Positions 12,555 through 24,670 of a stretch of DNA of 64,000 bases are shown here, one piece after another; the first letter of the stretch is position 1; each line of letters starts with the position of its first letter. The notes beneath the pieces were generated by a model that was not told the DNA's origin, did not search any database, and worked only from the letters and a program-made list of their open reading frames with translations. The translations under genes and the position numbers were made by a program. This DNA is from Hydrolagus affinis (lineage: Eukaryota). The stretch is taken from NCBI GenBank assembly GCA_012026655.1, contig JAAILG010000013.1, forward strand, positions 124,001-188,000. The letters are read 5' to 3'.

Positions 12555-14754
12555 CCTCCAGGGGGTAAGTGTTGACCAGTATGAAGTTGAATTTACTGAG
12601 GGAGGAACACCCGACACTTGGCACTCGAAACAATTCCATCAACAGTCCCAATCTCCTGATCGATATGGTCGGTTTTGCAGGGTGGTGAAACAATGAGATG
12701 TGGAAAACTGCCACCCTTCTAAACTAAGCAATTTAACCAATGTGGTAGGTGGCCCAGTTAGGATTTGACAAAAGGATTAGTTAAAGAAGATGTCACGGAA
12801 TATACACCATGAGGAGAATTATACAATAGAACACAAACCAGCCAACACCACAACCTGGAATCTTTTTCTCCCAATCACTAGAGGTTCGGAGGATAGAAAC
12901 ACTCAAGGATTCGCACGGCACTCAGCGACAAACGGCAGCAGAAACACACGGCAAGTGGCAGATTCTGTAGACATCACGACCACAAATAAAGCAGAGCATC
13001 TTAAACATGATGCACTCGGCGTTGCTGTATCAATAAAGCTGTAATGCTCTCTCACTGGGCCAGTGTCTACAAGCATCAGCACTGCTCCTGTTTATGCGCT
13101 GATTCATGCAACAATAAAAGACCATCATACACCAATCCACAATTGCACTGAAGGACAGTAAGTTTCTTCTAAATTTTAACTCAAGGAAATTGCAACAAAA
13201 ATAAACTGTAACAAGGAAATACTCCAATGGAAGTAGTTAAACATGGCAGGTAGCTGACTCATTCACCCCTTTATCACTCCTCAGTTACACATTCGCTTTC
13301 ACTCATGAGAAACCAGCTCCAAGTTCTACTCTCGTTGCCTAGATCAAATGTGAATGTTGCTGGAATATAATGCAATGGAGCAATTGTTCTGAATAGTGTG
13401 TAATACAAAGGTATGCAATAGCGATTGTATCGTTACAATTACCATGGCTGCATTTACAATTAAAATGTGCACTTAATCTGCCGGCAGTGACTGATCCCTT
13501 CTTTGATCTGGGATTGCCCGAAACACGTGATAAATTGATGGATCTCATGGAATTTTACTCAGAGTTCTATTATTGCAGTCGGATGGGAATGGGAGCCAAC
13601 ATGGACTGACTGATATTTCAATAATGATTTACAATTTCTGATAAATTGGGGAATGTGTCCCCCTGAGCTAGGATGGAGGACATCCAAAAGCTCCTTGCAG
13701 TAAAATCTGGACACCTGTGCTGGGGTGGGGAATTGTGTATTTTGTTCATTCCTAACCATCTAACATTTTTACTGGGCAATTGCAGGCAACTTTATTTTGC
13801 TCTATGTAACCATAACGCCAACGTATTGTATTTCGTAATTTGCCTTCTTGCCTCCCAAACACTCGAAACCATTTGCTGGCAGTGGTTTAGCCCAGCCCTA
13901 CAAGAGTCTTGGTGAAGAGGGCATCTGAAATGAATATGTAATTAAAAAGACAGTGCTTCCTTTTCGTAACGTACACATGTATAGCCATGACTCCATAATC
14001 TAACCCATTATGAAAGGCAAATTGCGTTGGAATACAAATTAGACTGACATTTCCTGTGTTGATATAATAAGGGTACACAATGGCCGGTATTCAAATTTTT
14101 ACAGTAATTGGTATTTCTTTTGACTCATCTGCTGACAAAAATAATCATTACTGAAAATTCCTGTAAGCACTATCCTGACACATACATCATTTCATAACAT
14201 GGAATTCAAAGCCACTTGCCCACCCCATCCTCCTTTGTGGGGATGAGCTCCAGGAAATCACTCTTAGACATAGGTTGTGGGTGAATAATATCCTTGTGAG
14301 GGGGCTGAGCTGAGCTGAATTCTTCTCGTATTTCGTGACCGCTTTCCCCTGAAGATGGCAGAGTATGTGTGTGTGACTCAACTCCCTCTCAATCAACTGA
14401 TTGACTGCAACATCCCATTGGCTTAAACTGGAGAGAAGTTGGATATGGGGGGTTGAGCCCTCGCTAATCCATTCGCTTACACTGAAGAAAGATATTGCTT
14501 GGTCTGTAGGAATGGGTTGAGGCCAGTTTCCAACAAAATCAAAAGACTTAAAAAAACAATCAGAGAGATTTACATTTACATCGTGCCTGTAGTTCATGTC
14601 GGGAGAATGGCTCAAACTGCTCTACAGTACTGCCTGCCCAGTGGGGGCATTCAGAGGTTCAAGTTCCTAAATGGCTAAAATATAGTTTGCAGGTTTGTCA
14701 CCAGACTGACACCTGGGCCGAAGGGGCGTAGCTATTAAGAGATGCTGAATAGAC

Positions 14755-15130
14755 TAGGGTTATATGGAGCAGAGGAGGTTAAGGAGTGATATGATTGAGG
14801 TGAATGAAATATTGAAAGGATTTGACAGGTTGGATAGTGGACGACTCTTGTCCTTGGTAAATGGAACCATTACAAGGGGGAACATAGCCTTCCGATCAGA
14901 ACGTGCAAAATTAAATTGAGTCAGTGATGACTGAGGAGGAAAAGAAACATTTCCTCACACAGAGCGATGCAAAGATATGGAACACTCTGGCTCACAAAGC
15001 TGCGGAGGCAAAAACAATAGGGATGCTTAAAAAATAACACAGATTCTTGGGGGGTAGAGGCATTAGAGAGCGAGTAGAAAGTGAGGGGGTGGTGGGGGGT
15101 AGAAAATTGAACTGCTCAATGGGCTGAATC
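14755..15130 (+). mobile_element. CR1 LINE 3' portion
   Basis: EQRRLRSDMIEVNEILKGFDRLD...ITRG...KHFLTQ...WNTL, the CR1 ORF2 end, with frameshifts. Confidence 0.8.
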
Positions 15131-16355
15131 TCTGGTTTCCGTTTTTCAAGGTTGCTGAAAGCAATCAGAATGGAAAAATAGGATGTTACGTTTTATCACG
15201 GGGCAATGTTATGCTGTATAATTTGTCATACACCATAATGTCTGACAGGATACACAATGCTTTAAGTTTCCTCTTCGTAGCAGCCAGAGATTCTAATCTT
15301 AAAGGCTGGGGAATGCTGCTCTCCATTTGATTCTCTGCTCTCGATCATTTCTGCAGCCTAACTTCAAGGGTGTTAGCAGCAGCCTTTGGTTTCTGATCCA
15401 CTCCTTTCAAAATGCAGACATAAGCGAGGGCAAAGATGTTATCCGGGTGACTGGCATGTAAAGCATCCTACATTGCCAGGAAGCACAGGCTCATGGCCTC
15501 ACTATGCTGCCACAGGGAATAGAGATTACACTAATCTGCACCCTGGCAGAATTGGATGCAAAGGATCTCTTTAGACTGCCAAGACTGCCAGGGATAATGC
15601 ACAGATATACAGTATATATTAAACACATAGAGCATACTCTAGTCTGCCAGAAATTAGATTCTGCTTTCAACCTTTTTGGTCTTCTTGCTGTCTGTCCCTT
15701 GTTTGCTAAAAATTTTATTAGGATCATCGTTCTTTCAAAGATAATCTTGCTCAGCTAATCTATGATTGTCGTCCTCTCTGCGTCCTCACATTGTTGGAAT
15801 CATTCTGACTCATTAGTTCTCCTTGGAACACACAACTGTGTATCGCTAAGCCTCTTTCATCCATTCATCCTTGGGGATCAAAACAACAACAACTTGCATT
15901 TACATAGCGCCTTTCGTGCGGGTGAGTGAAACCTACCTCTCTAACAGCACCTATGGTCACTTCCCCACCCTATGCCTTGTTTAGCTTATGACCCCATCAA
16001 TCTAAAGTGCCCTGAGACATTATACTAAATGAAGGCACAACATAAACGCAAGTTGTCATTGCTGTTTTAAACTCACCCCCCACCCAAACCGGCATGACCT
16101 AACCACTATTTCTTGCTGTACAGGGTGACCAACAAATTGTGATATCTACCCTTTTGTCTAAAAACAAATTGAAATATCTTCATTTATTTTAAGACTTTTT
16201 AGACATTGTAATGCTATCACAACTTTTGCGTCACCTGTACATCAAATTCTGATCCATGTTTCTCTAACCTTTGTGATGTTGTGCATTTTAGGCACTTGCC
16301 TTGTTTACTCTCCCTGTAAAAAGTACAGCTCACGACAACCCCTATTCAATAGTAG

Positions 16356-16654
16356 ATAACCCTTGCATTTGATTTGCTGCTTTTTCACGTCTTCTAGACG
16401 TCTCAAGGTGCTTCACAGAATATACTGTAAAGTGAATATATTTTGTGGGCAAAATCCGGCAACCAATTGTGCACAGCAGTGTCCCACAAACAGTCGTGGA
16501 TTGAGATGACCAATTTATTTTTATTTATTTTTTGAGAAATTACTATCAGGCATCTGAGGTAAGCAAACTTGCCCAAGGTTTCATGCTGCCTGGAATCGAA
16601 CCCAGGTCTCTCACTTGCGAGGTGAGTGCTCTAACCACTGAACTACAGGACTCC
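16356..16654 (-). mobile_element. Full-length tRNA-Ala-headed SINE
   Basis: Head ggaatcgaacccaggtctctcacttgcgaggtgagtgctctaaccactgaactacaggactcc (reverse complement) plus full body and tail. Confidence 0.88.
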
Positions 16655-16689
16655 ACAACATACAGGTTTATCGTCCTGTCCTTTCCATA

Positions 16690-16832
16690 GGCCTAAAGCG
16701 CTGGACAGTAATTGTTTCAGACCGGAGCTGGGATCAGGGAATGGGGAGGGTGGAGGGAAAGGGAGGGATTTGGGGTGACCGAAGGGACCGTCGAAGAGGA
16801 GAGTCTTCAGGCGGGACTGAAGAGGCTAGGGA
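16690..16832 (-). mobile_element. L2 LINE 3' end fragment
   Basis: aaagcgctggacag...G-rich UTR...gtcgaagaggagagtcttcagg, similar to 39597-40020. Confidence 0.65.
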
Positions 16833-17339
16833 GGGGGCCACTTTTGTTGCTCTGGTTCCCAATACCAATTGGCTCATGCCTGGTTGCCTGCCTGATAGTG
16901 GGACACTTTATATTGATAAAGGGCAAGAAATGGGAACATTTTCCTCTCTGAGGTCAGGCCAGATGGAAACCAAAGTGATCCAAATTGAACAAGCATTTGT
17001 GTGTTTCTAAAATGGCCCTGATTTGGGTCATTTTGGAGCTGGAGTGCAACTCCTTATCCCTGTTGGCTTCCACTAAAAGCAAAACAGCAGAAAGCTTGAG
17101 TTAGATTTGTTGGACCGCATGATGAGTTTGGGTCAGCTTAGACCACGCAGCAGGCAACTTGACACTTTGGCTGTTACAAGTAAAACATGTAATCTGTGGG
17201 TGGTCCCTTTTTTTTTCCCCTCCCATGTGTTGAAAACCACAACCCTTTCCACATCGCTTGTTTCTTTATTTGCCTCTGGTTTCTTTCTCCAACCGTTGGA
17301 AACCGTTTATTAAATACTTATCAAAGCAGGTTTATTATA

Positions 17340-17520
17340 ACAATGATAATCCTTGCATTTTCATATAGCGCTTTTTACATCTTATCGACGTCTTAAAGCG
17401 CTTCACACAATATACTGAAAAGTGAATTGACTGCATATATGTGAGCGAAACGCGGCAGCCAATTGCGCACAGCAGTGTCCCACAAACAGTCGTGGATTGA
17501 AATGACCAATTTTATTATTG
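17340..17520 (-). mobile_element. 5'-truncated SINE
   Basis: atccttgcattttcatatagcgcttttt...gcagccaattgcgcacagcagtgtcccacaaacagtcgtgg. Confidence 0.85.
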
Positions 17521-18646
17521 TGCTTTTTTTTGGTGGGGGAGTGATTATTGGGTTTCTTGCCAGAACGCATTTTCTACACCGTTCCCAAAATGGTATTTTC
17601 ACAATAGAGTCTGGGGCTGTCTCAAAGGGTCCTCGCATTGAATGGTAATTTGCTATTGATACATTATGGGCTTTTGCTTTCATGGGAGGTCAGCCGGGTT
17701 GGGAGGTCTGACAATGCCAGAACCTATCATCGTGCTTAAGAGTATCCAAACCAGACAGAGTTCCGTGTGTGTGCCACCGACACGTGGGAAATTCCGGTGT
17801 GGAATGGAATGCTCATCCTTCTTAATTAATTGTATTAGGTGCAGGTTGGCAAGAGTCAAGGTTGAAGGACCCCAGAGTGTGCATTTGAGTTTAACCAGTT
17901 CTGGCAATGATAGGACTTGAGCTCTACAGAGAAAGACTCAGTAACCAAAAGGCTAATTTATTAATGTACGTCATAATCATTGTAAATAGCAGAACTGCAT
18001 TCAATCACAACCTACCTTTGGAACAATTAAGCTTCATACAATACTGTTACAATAGAGCTAATATTGCATCGACTAACACACACTCATACATCCCTGTGGA
18101 AAAAAGAGCAAGCTTTTAAGATACATGTGACATATATCAGAACCTTATCATGAAAGACTTCAGCAAACTCAGCCCAGAGATAATTTTTCAAACGCTTCTG
18201 TGTGGAAACAGTGAACAGGTTTAACTAATATTCAGTTGAAATAATAGTAAGAAAGGTGCTAATTTAGCACACTATATAATCTACTACATGGACATTACAC
18301 CTGAGTAAGGTCAAAAGGGAAATTATAATAATGATGATTTCAATCTACTTATTGAACAGTGTTTCTATATTAAATGAAAATCTCTCGCTCTCTGGCTCCA
18401 CTGTCACTCGAGACCACTAATGAACACATGGAATAAAAACCATCATTATTACCTGGAATTGTTAGCCACCCCCCCACCCCAACCCTAAAAATTTCACATG
18501 ATCAATTTAAAAAAGAATCGTCAAACAGAGGGGAGGGGACTGATAGGCTGGTCCACTTTTCAACCTGATACACTTTACACTCACTCGCTCAATGTGTCTC
18601 ATACAACTGGGATGTCTTTGAACAGTATTGCAACTGGGTTTTGGTT

Positions 18647-18655
18647 GCTCACCTT
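18647..18655 (-). other. Splice donor 9 nt downstream of the stop codon (3'-UTR intron)
   Basis: Minus strand reads TAG CAACTCAAG|GTGAGC, a near-consensus donor. Human TSHZ2 has an intron a few nt after its stop (recalled). Confidence 0.75.
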
Positions 18656-18661
18656 GAGTTG

Positions 18662-21600
18662 CTACTCTTCCTGTACTTCAGTCACGTACTGCGAGTGGTT
18701 CTCTGGTGACTTGCCATGTGTTTTGCTGAGGTGCAATTTTACCGCGTGCTTGCTCGCAAAAGTTCGATGGCACAGATTACACTGGAACTTGCCGCCTGTG
18801 TCGTCCTCAGCTACCGTCGCCCCCGTTGACTTCTCAGTTTTGACCTTTGACACTTCTTTCTCCCCTCTGGCATGCTGTACAGAAAGTTTGGCCATTTCTT
18901 TCATAGTGAAGCCCAGGTGGGATTCTAAATGACTAATATATGTGGAAGGAGTCCTAAACTGAGAGGCACAATCATTGCAGTAGAAAATTGGATGTCCTGT
19001 GTCTAAATTCTTAAGGAATTTTGTTCCTCCCGTCTTCCTCAGTTGATATTTCACATTGGCCAGCCAGTGACTTATGGTAGTCATGGAGAGTCCAGTAAAC
19101 TTTGAAATATGCATACGGTCTTGCGGACCCAGGTCTGACAATAAATATTTGCCTTCGCCTGTTTGCCATAGACTGGCAGCAAATTGGGCCTGCAAAATAA
19201 GGAGATGCTGGGGATTCCAGTTTGACTGCCTACCTTTTCTCTTCTGCATTGGTAATAATTCTGCTGACACATCTTCGAAGCTCCTCACGTCCGTCTCTAA
19301 CCTCTCTGATGACATCTTCGATGAGGTGGATGGTTTGGGCGTTGTACCTTTCGGAAGGATCTTCACCATGTCAGCAATGTCAGACAGCGCATGCTTGGAT
19401 GATATCGAAGGAAAGGACCTCACTTGGTTTGATGGGGTTGTTTTGCTGCTCTTCGATTTGGTGAGATCCATGGGCTGATCGCTGCTTTCATAGTAATATC
19501 GGTCAGTGAGACTGGATGGTTTGATTAGACTTGGTGGCGAAGCTGATTTCTCCATCAAGCTTTTATTGAGTCTACACAACATAGTTACAGGGTCCGGGTT
19601 CGAGGTGAGGGGCCGGGCAGCTTTGCCGAGGTGTGTGTTCATGATGGACTGTAATGCGCTAAGCGGGCTGACAGAAAGCTGTTCCGATGGGTGATCTGTG
19701 ATAACAGTCATTCCAGAGCACCCGTTGCTTATAGAAAAGCTCGGAGACTTGCTACTGCTCCTCATCGGCTCTTTTTTGAAACTTTCCTTCATGTCTTCGG
19801 CATCTTTTAAACAAGGCGAGTCCGTCCTCAACACATCGCAGGGCGGTTCGACTTTTACAGGGTTGTCGCTTTCTTTCTTGCACGGCAAAACACCCTCAGA
19901 CTGGAGACTTGGCTTAGTTTCCTTTTTCTCACTTGGGCTTTCTTCCTGCTGGGAGGAAAGCTGCTGCTTGTGAGCCGGGCTACTCGGTTCTTCCTTGACC
20001 TGCTCACTGTTGGACGGAAGGGTTTGGTTCTGGCTGCTGGTTATCACCGAGAAGTAACGGACTTTTGGAGCGATTGGCTTCAGGTTCGGTTTAACCTGCA
20101 GTATCTGAGTCCCCAACAGCATCGATGGCTTGATAGCGCCAGGAAGCTGGTAGGCGGCATGGATGCTTGGATACGCACTCCAGCTTGGGCTCCCAGTTTG
20201 GGCTTTGTTGATAGCCGAAGTCACTGTGTTTTCCAGCGATTTGAGAATATCGCCGCCTCCCTTTGAGCTTTCTTCCAGGTCCTCCTCTCTGATGTACTGA
20301 TACTGCAGAGTGGGATCGAAGATCGAATCCGAGCCATCGTCCTTGCAGTCGTCTTTGTCCCTATGTTTCACCTCCGCCTCTTCCACTGCCTCTGGCTTCT
20401 CCTCCTGATCCTTCTTATCTTCCTGCATCGAGGGCGTCAGCGAGTCCGGGGGCAACCGGCCGACGGGAGCCAGCGACTGGATTTCATCGCACTGCGCCTC
20501 GACTGCGCTCTGCGCCTTCTCCGCCGCCAGCGGGTCGAAGACAATCTGCTTCCCCTTTTTGGAAGCGGAGTTGGTCACCTTCAGGAAGTGTCCCGTGACC
20601 ATCATGTGCGCCGTGAGCTGCTGGAGCGTGTCGTGCGAGCTCCCGCACTCCATACACTTCAGGATCTGGGACTTGCACGCCTCAAACTGCCAGGTGTAGC
20701 TGGCGCCGTTCTGGTAACCATAGCGGTTGTTGGACGAGCCGTAGGGGTTGGAGTTCTTCTGGCCGTCCGCCGCGAACGCCCCCGCCACGCCGGTGGTCGA
20801 GTCCGGCGAACACGGCTGGTTCACTTCGTGCTGCGAGCGTTTCTTGTTGGGAGGGGCGAGCTTGGACGCGAGGGAGGGCACCGGCTCCTTCAGAGGCACT
20901 TTCTGGTAATGTTTCGTTTTGATCATGTGAACGCTCAGGTCTTGCAGCGAGTCGAACGAGTGACCGCAGTACATGCACTTTAAGACTCGCTGTGCGTCCT
21001 CCTTGCCGTCGTGTTCCTGCAAGCCCCTTTTCCGCGACTTGGACCAGCAGCTGACGCTGTTGCTGCTCTTCTTGAGGTTGTTGTCTTGGTAGTGCCCAGT
21101 GTCGCTCATGTGCACGGTGAGCTCGACCAGCGTGTCGTACGCGGCGCTGCATTCCCTGCAGCGAAACCTGCTGGCGCCGGTGAAAACAGTCCCAAACAAC
21201 TTGTTGTTCTGCCTGTACAACTGCACCGAGCTGAAGAGATTGGGTTTCGGCAGCGGCCTGGCCAAAGACGTCTGTTGCAGTGATTTGGATAGCGCGTCTT
21301 GGTGCCAATCGAAACTACTCTTGGTGCTTTCGTTGCTGCTTTTGCAGCTTGTCCTTTCAGTCTTGGACTGCTTGAGGTCAAACCCCAGACTGGACCAGTA
21401 GGAGTCGGACAGGAAGCTGGCGTACACGGCCCGCATCGCTCCCAGACTGTTTTGCTGCCCGTTCTTCAGCTCTCTGTTGGGTTCCTCTTCCTTCTCCTGC
21501 CCATCTTTGGAGGACGTGCTCTTGAAGTCAGCTAACCTGTCGCTGGTGTCACTTAAATGCGAGTCGCACTCAGGGTCCTGGTTGGACAGGACACTGGCTG

Positions 21601-21759
21601 GAGAGTTCTGGTAGCTGTAACTGCCTTTGCTTCCTTCCTCCTCTTCCTCCTCTTCCTCAGCGCACATGTAGCCGTTGCCCTGTAGTTCCTCGGCAGAGAG
21701 GCTGCCGTCCTCTCCTTCCCTCAGCTCTCCGGCCTTCAGATCCTCCTCGGGAACGTACA
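18662..21759 (-). CDS. TSHZ2: Teashirt homolog 2, main coding exon (5'-partial; exon 1 not found in window)
   Basis: 1032-codon ORF with an acidic N-terminus, three C2H2 fingers (FRCRECSAAY..., LKCMYCGHSF..., LKCMECGSSH...), a CtBP-type motif PMDLT, an atypical homeodomain (RKGRQSNWNPQHLLILQAQF...HWLANVKYQLRKT) and two C-terminal C2H2 fingers. FDWHQDALSKSLQQ, PCSPDSTTG, FEACKSQIL, GGGDILKS, PSWSAYPS and GKYLLSDLGP match TSHZ2 rather than TSHZ1/3 as I recall them. The track's start codon is a GTG straddling the splice acceptor, not a real initiator. Confidence 0.95.
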
Positions 21760-21790
21760 CTGAAATGCAAACGGAGCAATGAAGCTTTAA
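21760..21790 (-). other. Splice acceptor of the TSHZ2 main exon (phase 1)
   Basis: Minus strand reads cttcattgctccgtttgcatttcAG|TG TAC GTT CCC GAG, a pyrimidine-rich tract plus CAG. The phase fits the short MPRRKQQAP-type first exon of vertebrate TSHZ genes. Confidence 0.88.
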
Positions 21791-22519
21791 CCGGCTGAAA
21801 TCCCCATCAGGAAAACAAGACGCAGTGATGGTGCACTGGCAAATGATACAGAGAATTGCAAACAGTTCAAGTCTTTATATTACGCTAAAATATTTTAATT
21901 ATATTGAAAAATGGTCTGTTTGGCGGAGTGGGGGTGGGTGGGGGGGGGGGGGGCTGGGGAAGAGGGGAGGAGTGGGGGGAAAGAGGGGAGGAAAGAATAA
22001 TGGATCTAGTTTAAAAAATTCCCTCAACAACCCTGAATCGCATTCTCCCTCTCCTCCCTCCCCCAACCATACACACACACACACACTTCCTTGTGTTGTG
22101 ATCTAACAGAATGTACCTTGGCTTGGATGCTATTTAAAACTGGGTTTGAAAATGAAGGTTTATTGAAAGGGAGAACAATGTTTCATTACATTATGGCACG
22201 TGGACTACATCTAAGGGGCATGTCAGTGATTAATTATTTAATTCTGGTGCATTTTCAATTAATGCATCTTCTAGACAGACGCAATAAAATGTGATACTGT
22301 CTCCTAAATTCACAATATGTTATTGCCGAACTGGCCATTTTACTCGGAGGCATAAATTGTTGTAAAGAATGAATTTAACGTGGAGGAAGCAGTGGATTTT
22401 CTTTGCAGTTCACTCCAAACCTTTAAACAACCTCACAATAATTTTGTATCCATTGTTCCTGAACCAAAAGGCTCTTTTCATACTTATTTGTAAAACTGAC
22501 TCCATCTGTAATAAACCTC

Positions 22520-22745
22520 AATCCCTGCATTTGATCTAACGGTTTATCACATCATTGGAACGTCTCAAAGCATGTAAGAGGGTATGCTGTAAAGTGTAGT
22601 GACTGTACTTTGTAGGTGAACATAGTAGTTAATTTACGCACTGGCATTTCCCAGAAGCAACCAGAAAGTAATGAATAACTTTATCGAACCATGCCATGGG
22701 ATGTTTTAATGTCCAGTGAACAGGTAGATGGCGTCTCGGTTAAAG
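22520..22745 (-). mobile_element. Deu-type SINE, degraded
   Basis: Tail plus gccatgggatgttttaatgtccagtgaacaggtagatggcgtctcggttaaa core. Confidence 0.65.
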
Positions 22746-23993
22746 CAAAGAAAAGGTTGGTTTTCTGGTGAGTAACAATGACACCCCCCCATCTCACCCA
22801 TTACTCATACAACATCACAAGGTGAGTAGCCAGGCTGCACCTATACTAAATAAATATCTGTCAGTTAGGGAACAACTAAAATCTAGTGACGACCACTTGT
22901 GGGAGATGTCCACAGTGTGTGGTGCAATTATCACATCTCGAAGCACGAGTTTCTAACAATGGGATCTTTTTTCTGATTGCAAAATTAGAAAGATTCCTTG
23001 TGATCAGTGCAAAATAGATGCACAGGGAAAGCTCTTTCATGGTCTTTTGTCCAAGCAGGGGAGGAGGGCAGGAGTCAAAATGGTGAGGCACTTTTGACCA
23101 TGCCTTCTTTCCTCCACCCCGCCACCGCCCACCCCTCTCTGATCCCAGCCTGCAACAAAACCCTCAGTGTCCATCAGGTTGGGATATCCTATCAGTGTGA
23201 AAAGCGCTATATGAATGCAATTTATTATTTGTTGTTGTTGTTGTTGCTGGTGCAGATTGAGAGAGGAGGTAAAACACGGCCAACCAGACCCTCGTAAGAG
23301 CTTGGGAACAGGCTGTCTAATCATGCGCCTAGCTGGAGAGCTAAAGGGAAGAAACCTCGACCAGAGGAAGATTAAACCTAATAAATAATGTATTTTAAAT
23401 AGAATTTTTTTTTAATATTTCCCGAAAATGGTGGGAAAGTTTTGAGTTTCTGCTAATAGATCTAAATGAGCCGGATATAATGCATCGCAATTTCAGCCTA
23501 CGCAGCATTACCAAGGAGCTTAACCGTCTCATAAACGTCAAGCAATTTGTAATAAATGTCATCGGAAACACCAAAACAGCCAACATCTTTTTTTACGCGG
23601 CTATAAAAACGCCATCGTTTTGTAATCAGAATGAGTTTTTGTTTATAAACAATAAAAAAAGGATGATTTTTAAAAAATATATTACAGAACGGAGATTACA
23701 GGACAGGGCTGTTGTCTGCAGGTTTCCTCATCGTTCAACTCCATCTGCCGCAGCACATCGCAGAGCAGATTTTTAAATAATGAGAGTACACAAAAGATGA
23801 TCTCAGAGCCGAGTGTGTGCAGTGAGATCCTGCAAAATGCATCAATGAAATACCTGTCGCGAGCAGTTGAGTAGAAATGAAATGAACTCGTACAAATCTG
23901 GCAGCCTGTTCTTAATTATACAGTAGTCCCTGGAACTTCATTGCTCCGTTCCATTTCCTTTCTGTGCTTTAATACATGAAGCAACACAAACGA

Positions 23994-24155
23994 ATAATAA
24001 CAACCCTTGCATCAGATACAGCGCCTTTAACGTTGATGAGGACGTCTAAAAGCAGTGTGCAGGATTTTACTGTAAAGTGTATTTTGTGGGGAAATGCGGC
24101 AGCTAATTTTTGCACAAGTGTCCACAAACAGCCAATAAGTGAATGATCAATTTTA
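23994..24155 (-). mobile_element. 5'-truncated SINE
   Basis: Shared tail and body motifs. Confidence 0.75.
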
Positions 24156-24670
24156 CACGGTGGATTGTTGAATCTATTATAGATTCTGCACAATGCTGTA
24201 TGTTCTGGAATGAATCCGGGCTAGATTCTTCTCAGGAGTGTAAAAAAAATCTAATGCTGACGAGTGTTAAGTGGACTGCCCAGTTCAGTTTAATGTGAAC
24301 TGACCCAAAAGCCATTGAACTTGCCATGATCCAGAACTGAACTCTTAATATTATTATTTCACACAAGGAAATCGATTAGAAATGGGCCCTTAACATCAGG
24401 GCAGCAAACATTTACTTTAGGGAGATGGTGGTGGTGGTGGGGTGGGGGGGGGGGTTTGGGGGGGTTAGGAAGCGTGCACATAAGACATCTTTCAGGCAAG
24501 TACTCAAGACAGTGAGGAGTCCATTTTGACATGTGCTACTGTACTTTAGCCGTGCAGAAGGATAAGAGGCATTTACATGGCAACAAATGTGTGTTCAGCA
24601 AAATAAACAGTTTGTAAGCAGGAATTTTATTATGAGATTTCGAAATGTGGATCAGGCTTGAATGGGTCGT

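Noticed and set aside
19074-21535. Overlapping and antisense ORFs inside TSHZ2 (e.g. 20363-20983 +, 20682-21308 -)
   Set aside because: Expected shadows of a GC-rich coding exon, with no recognisable domains.
21758-21760. GTG start codon of the 1032-aa ORF
   Set aside because: Its G is the last base of the intron's AG; the true start should be in an upstream exon.
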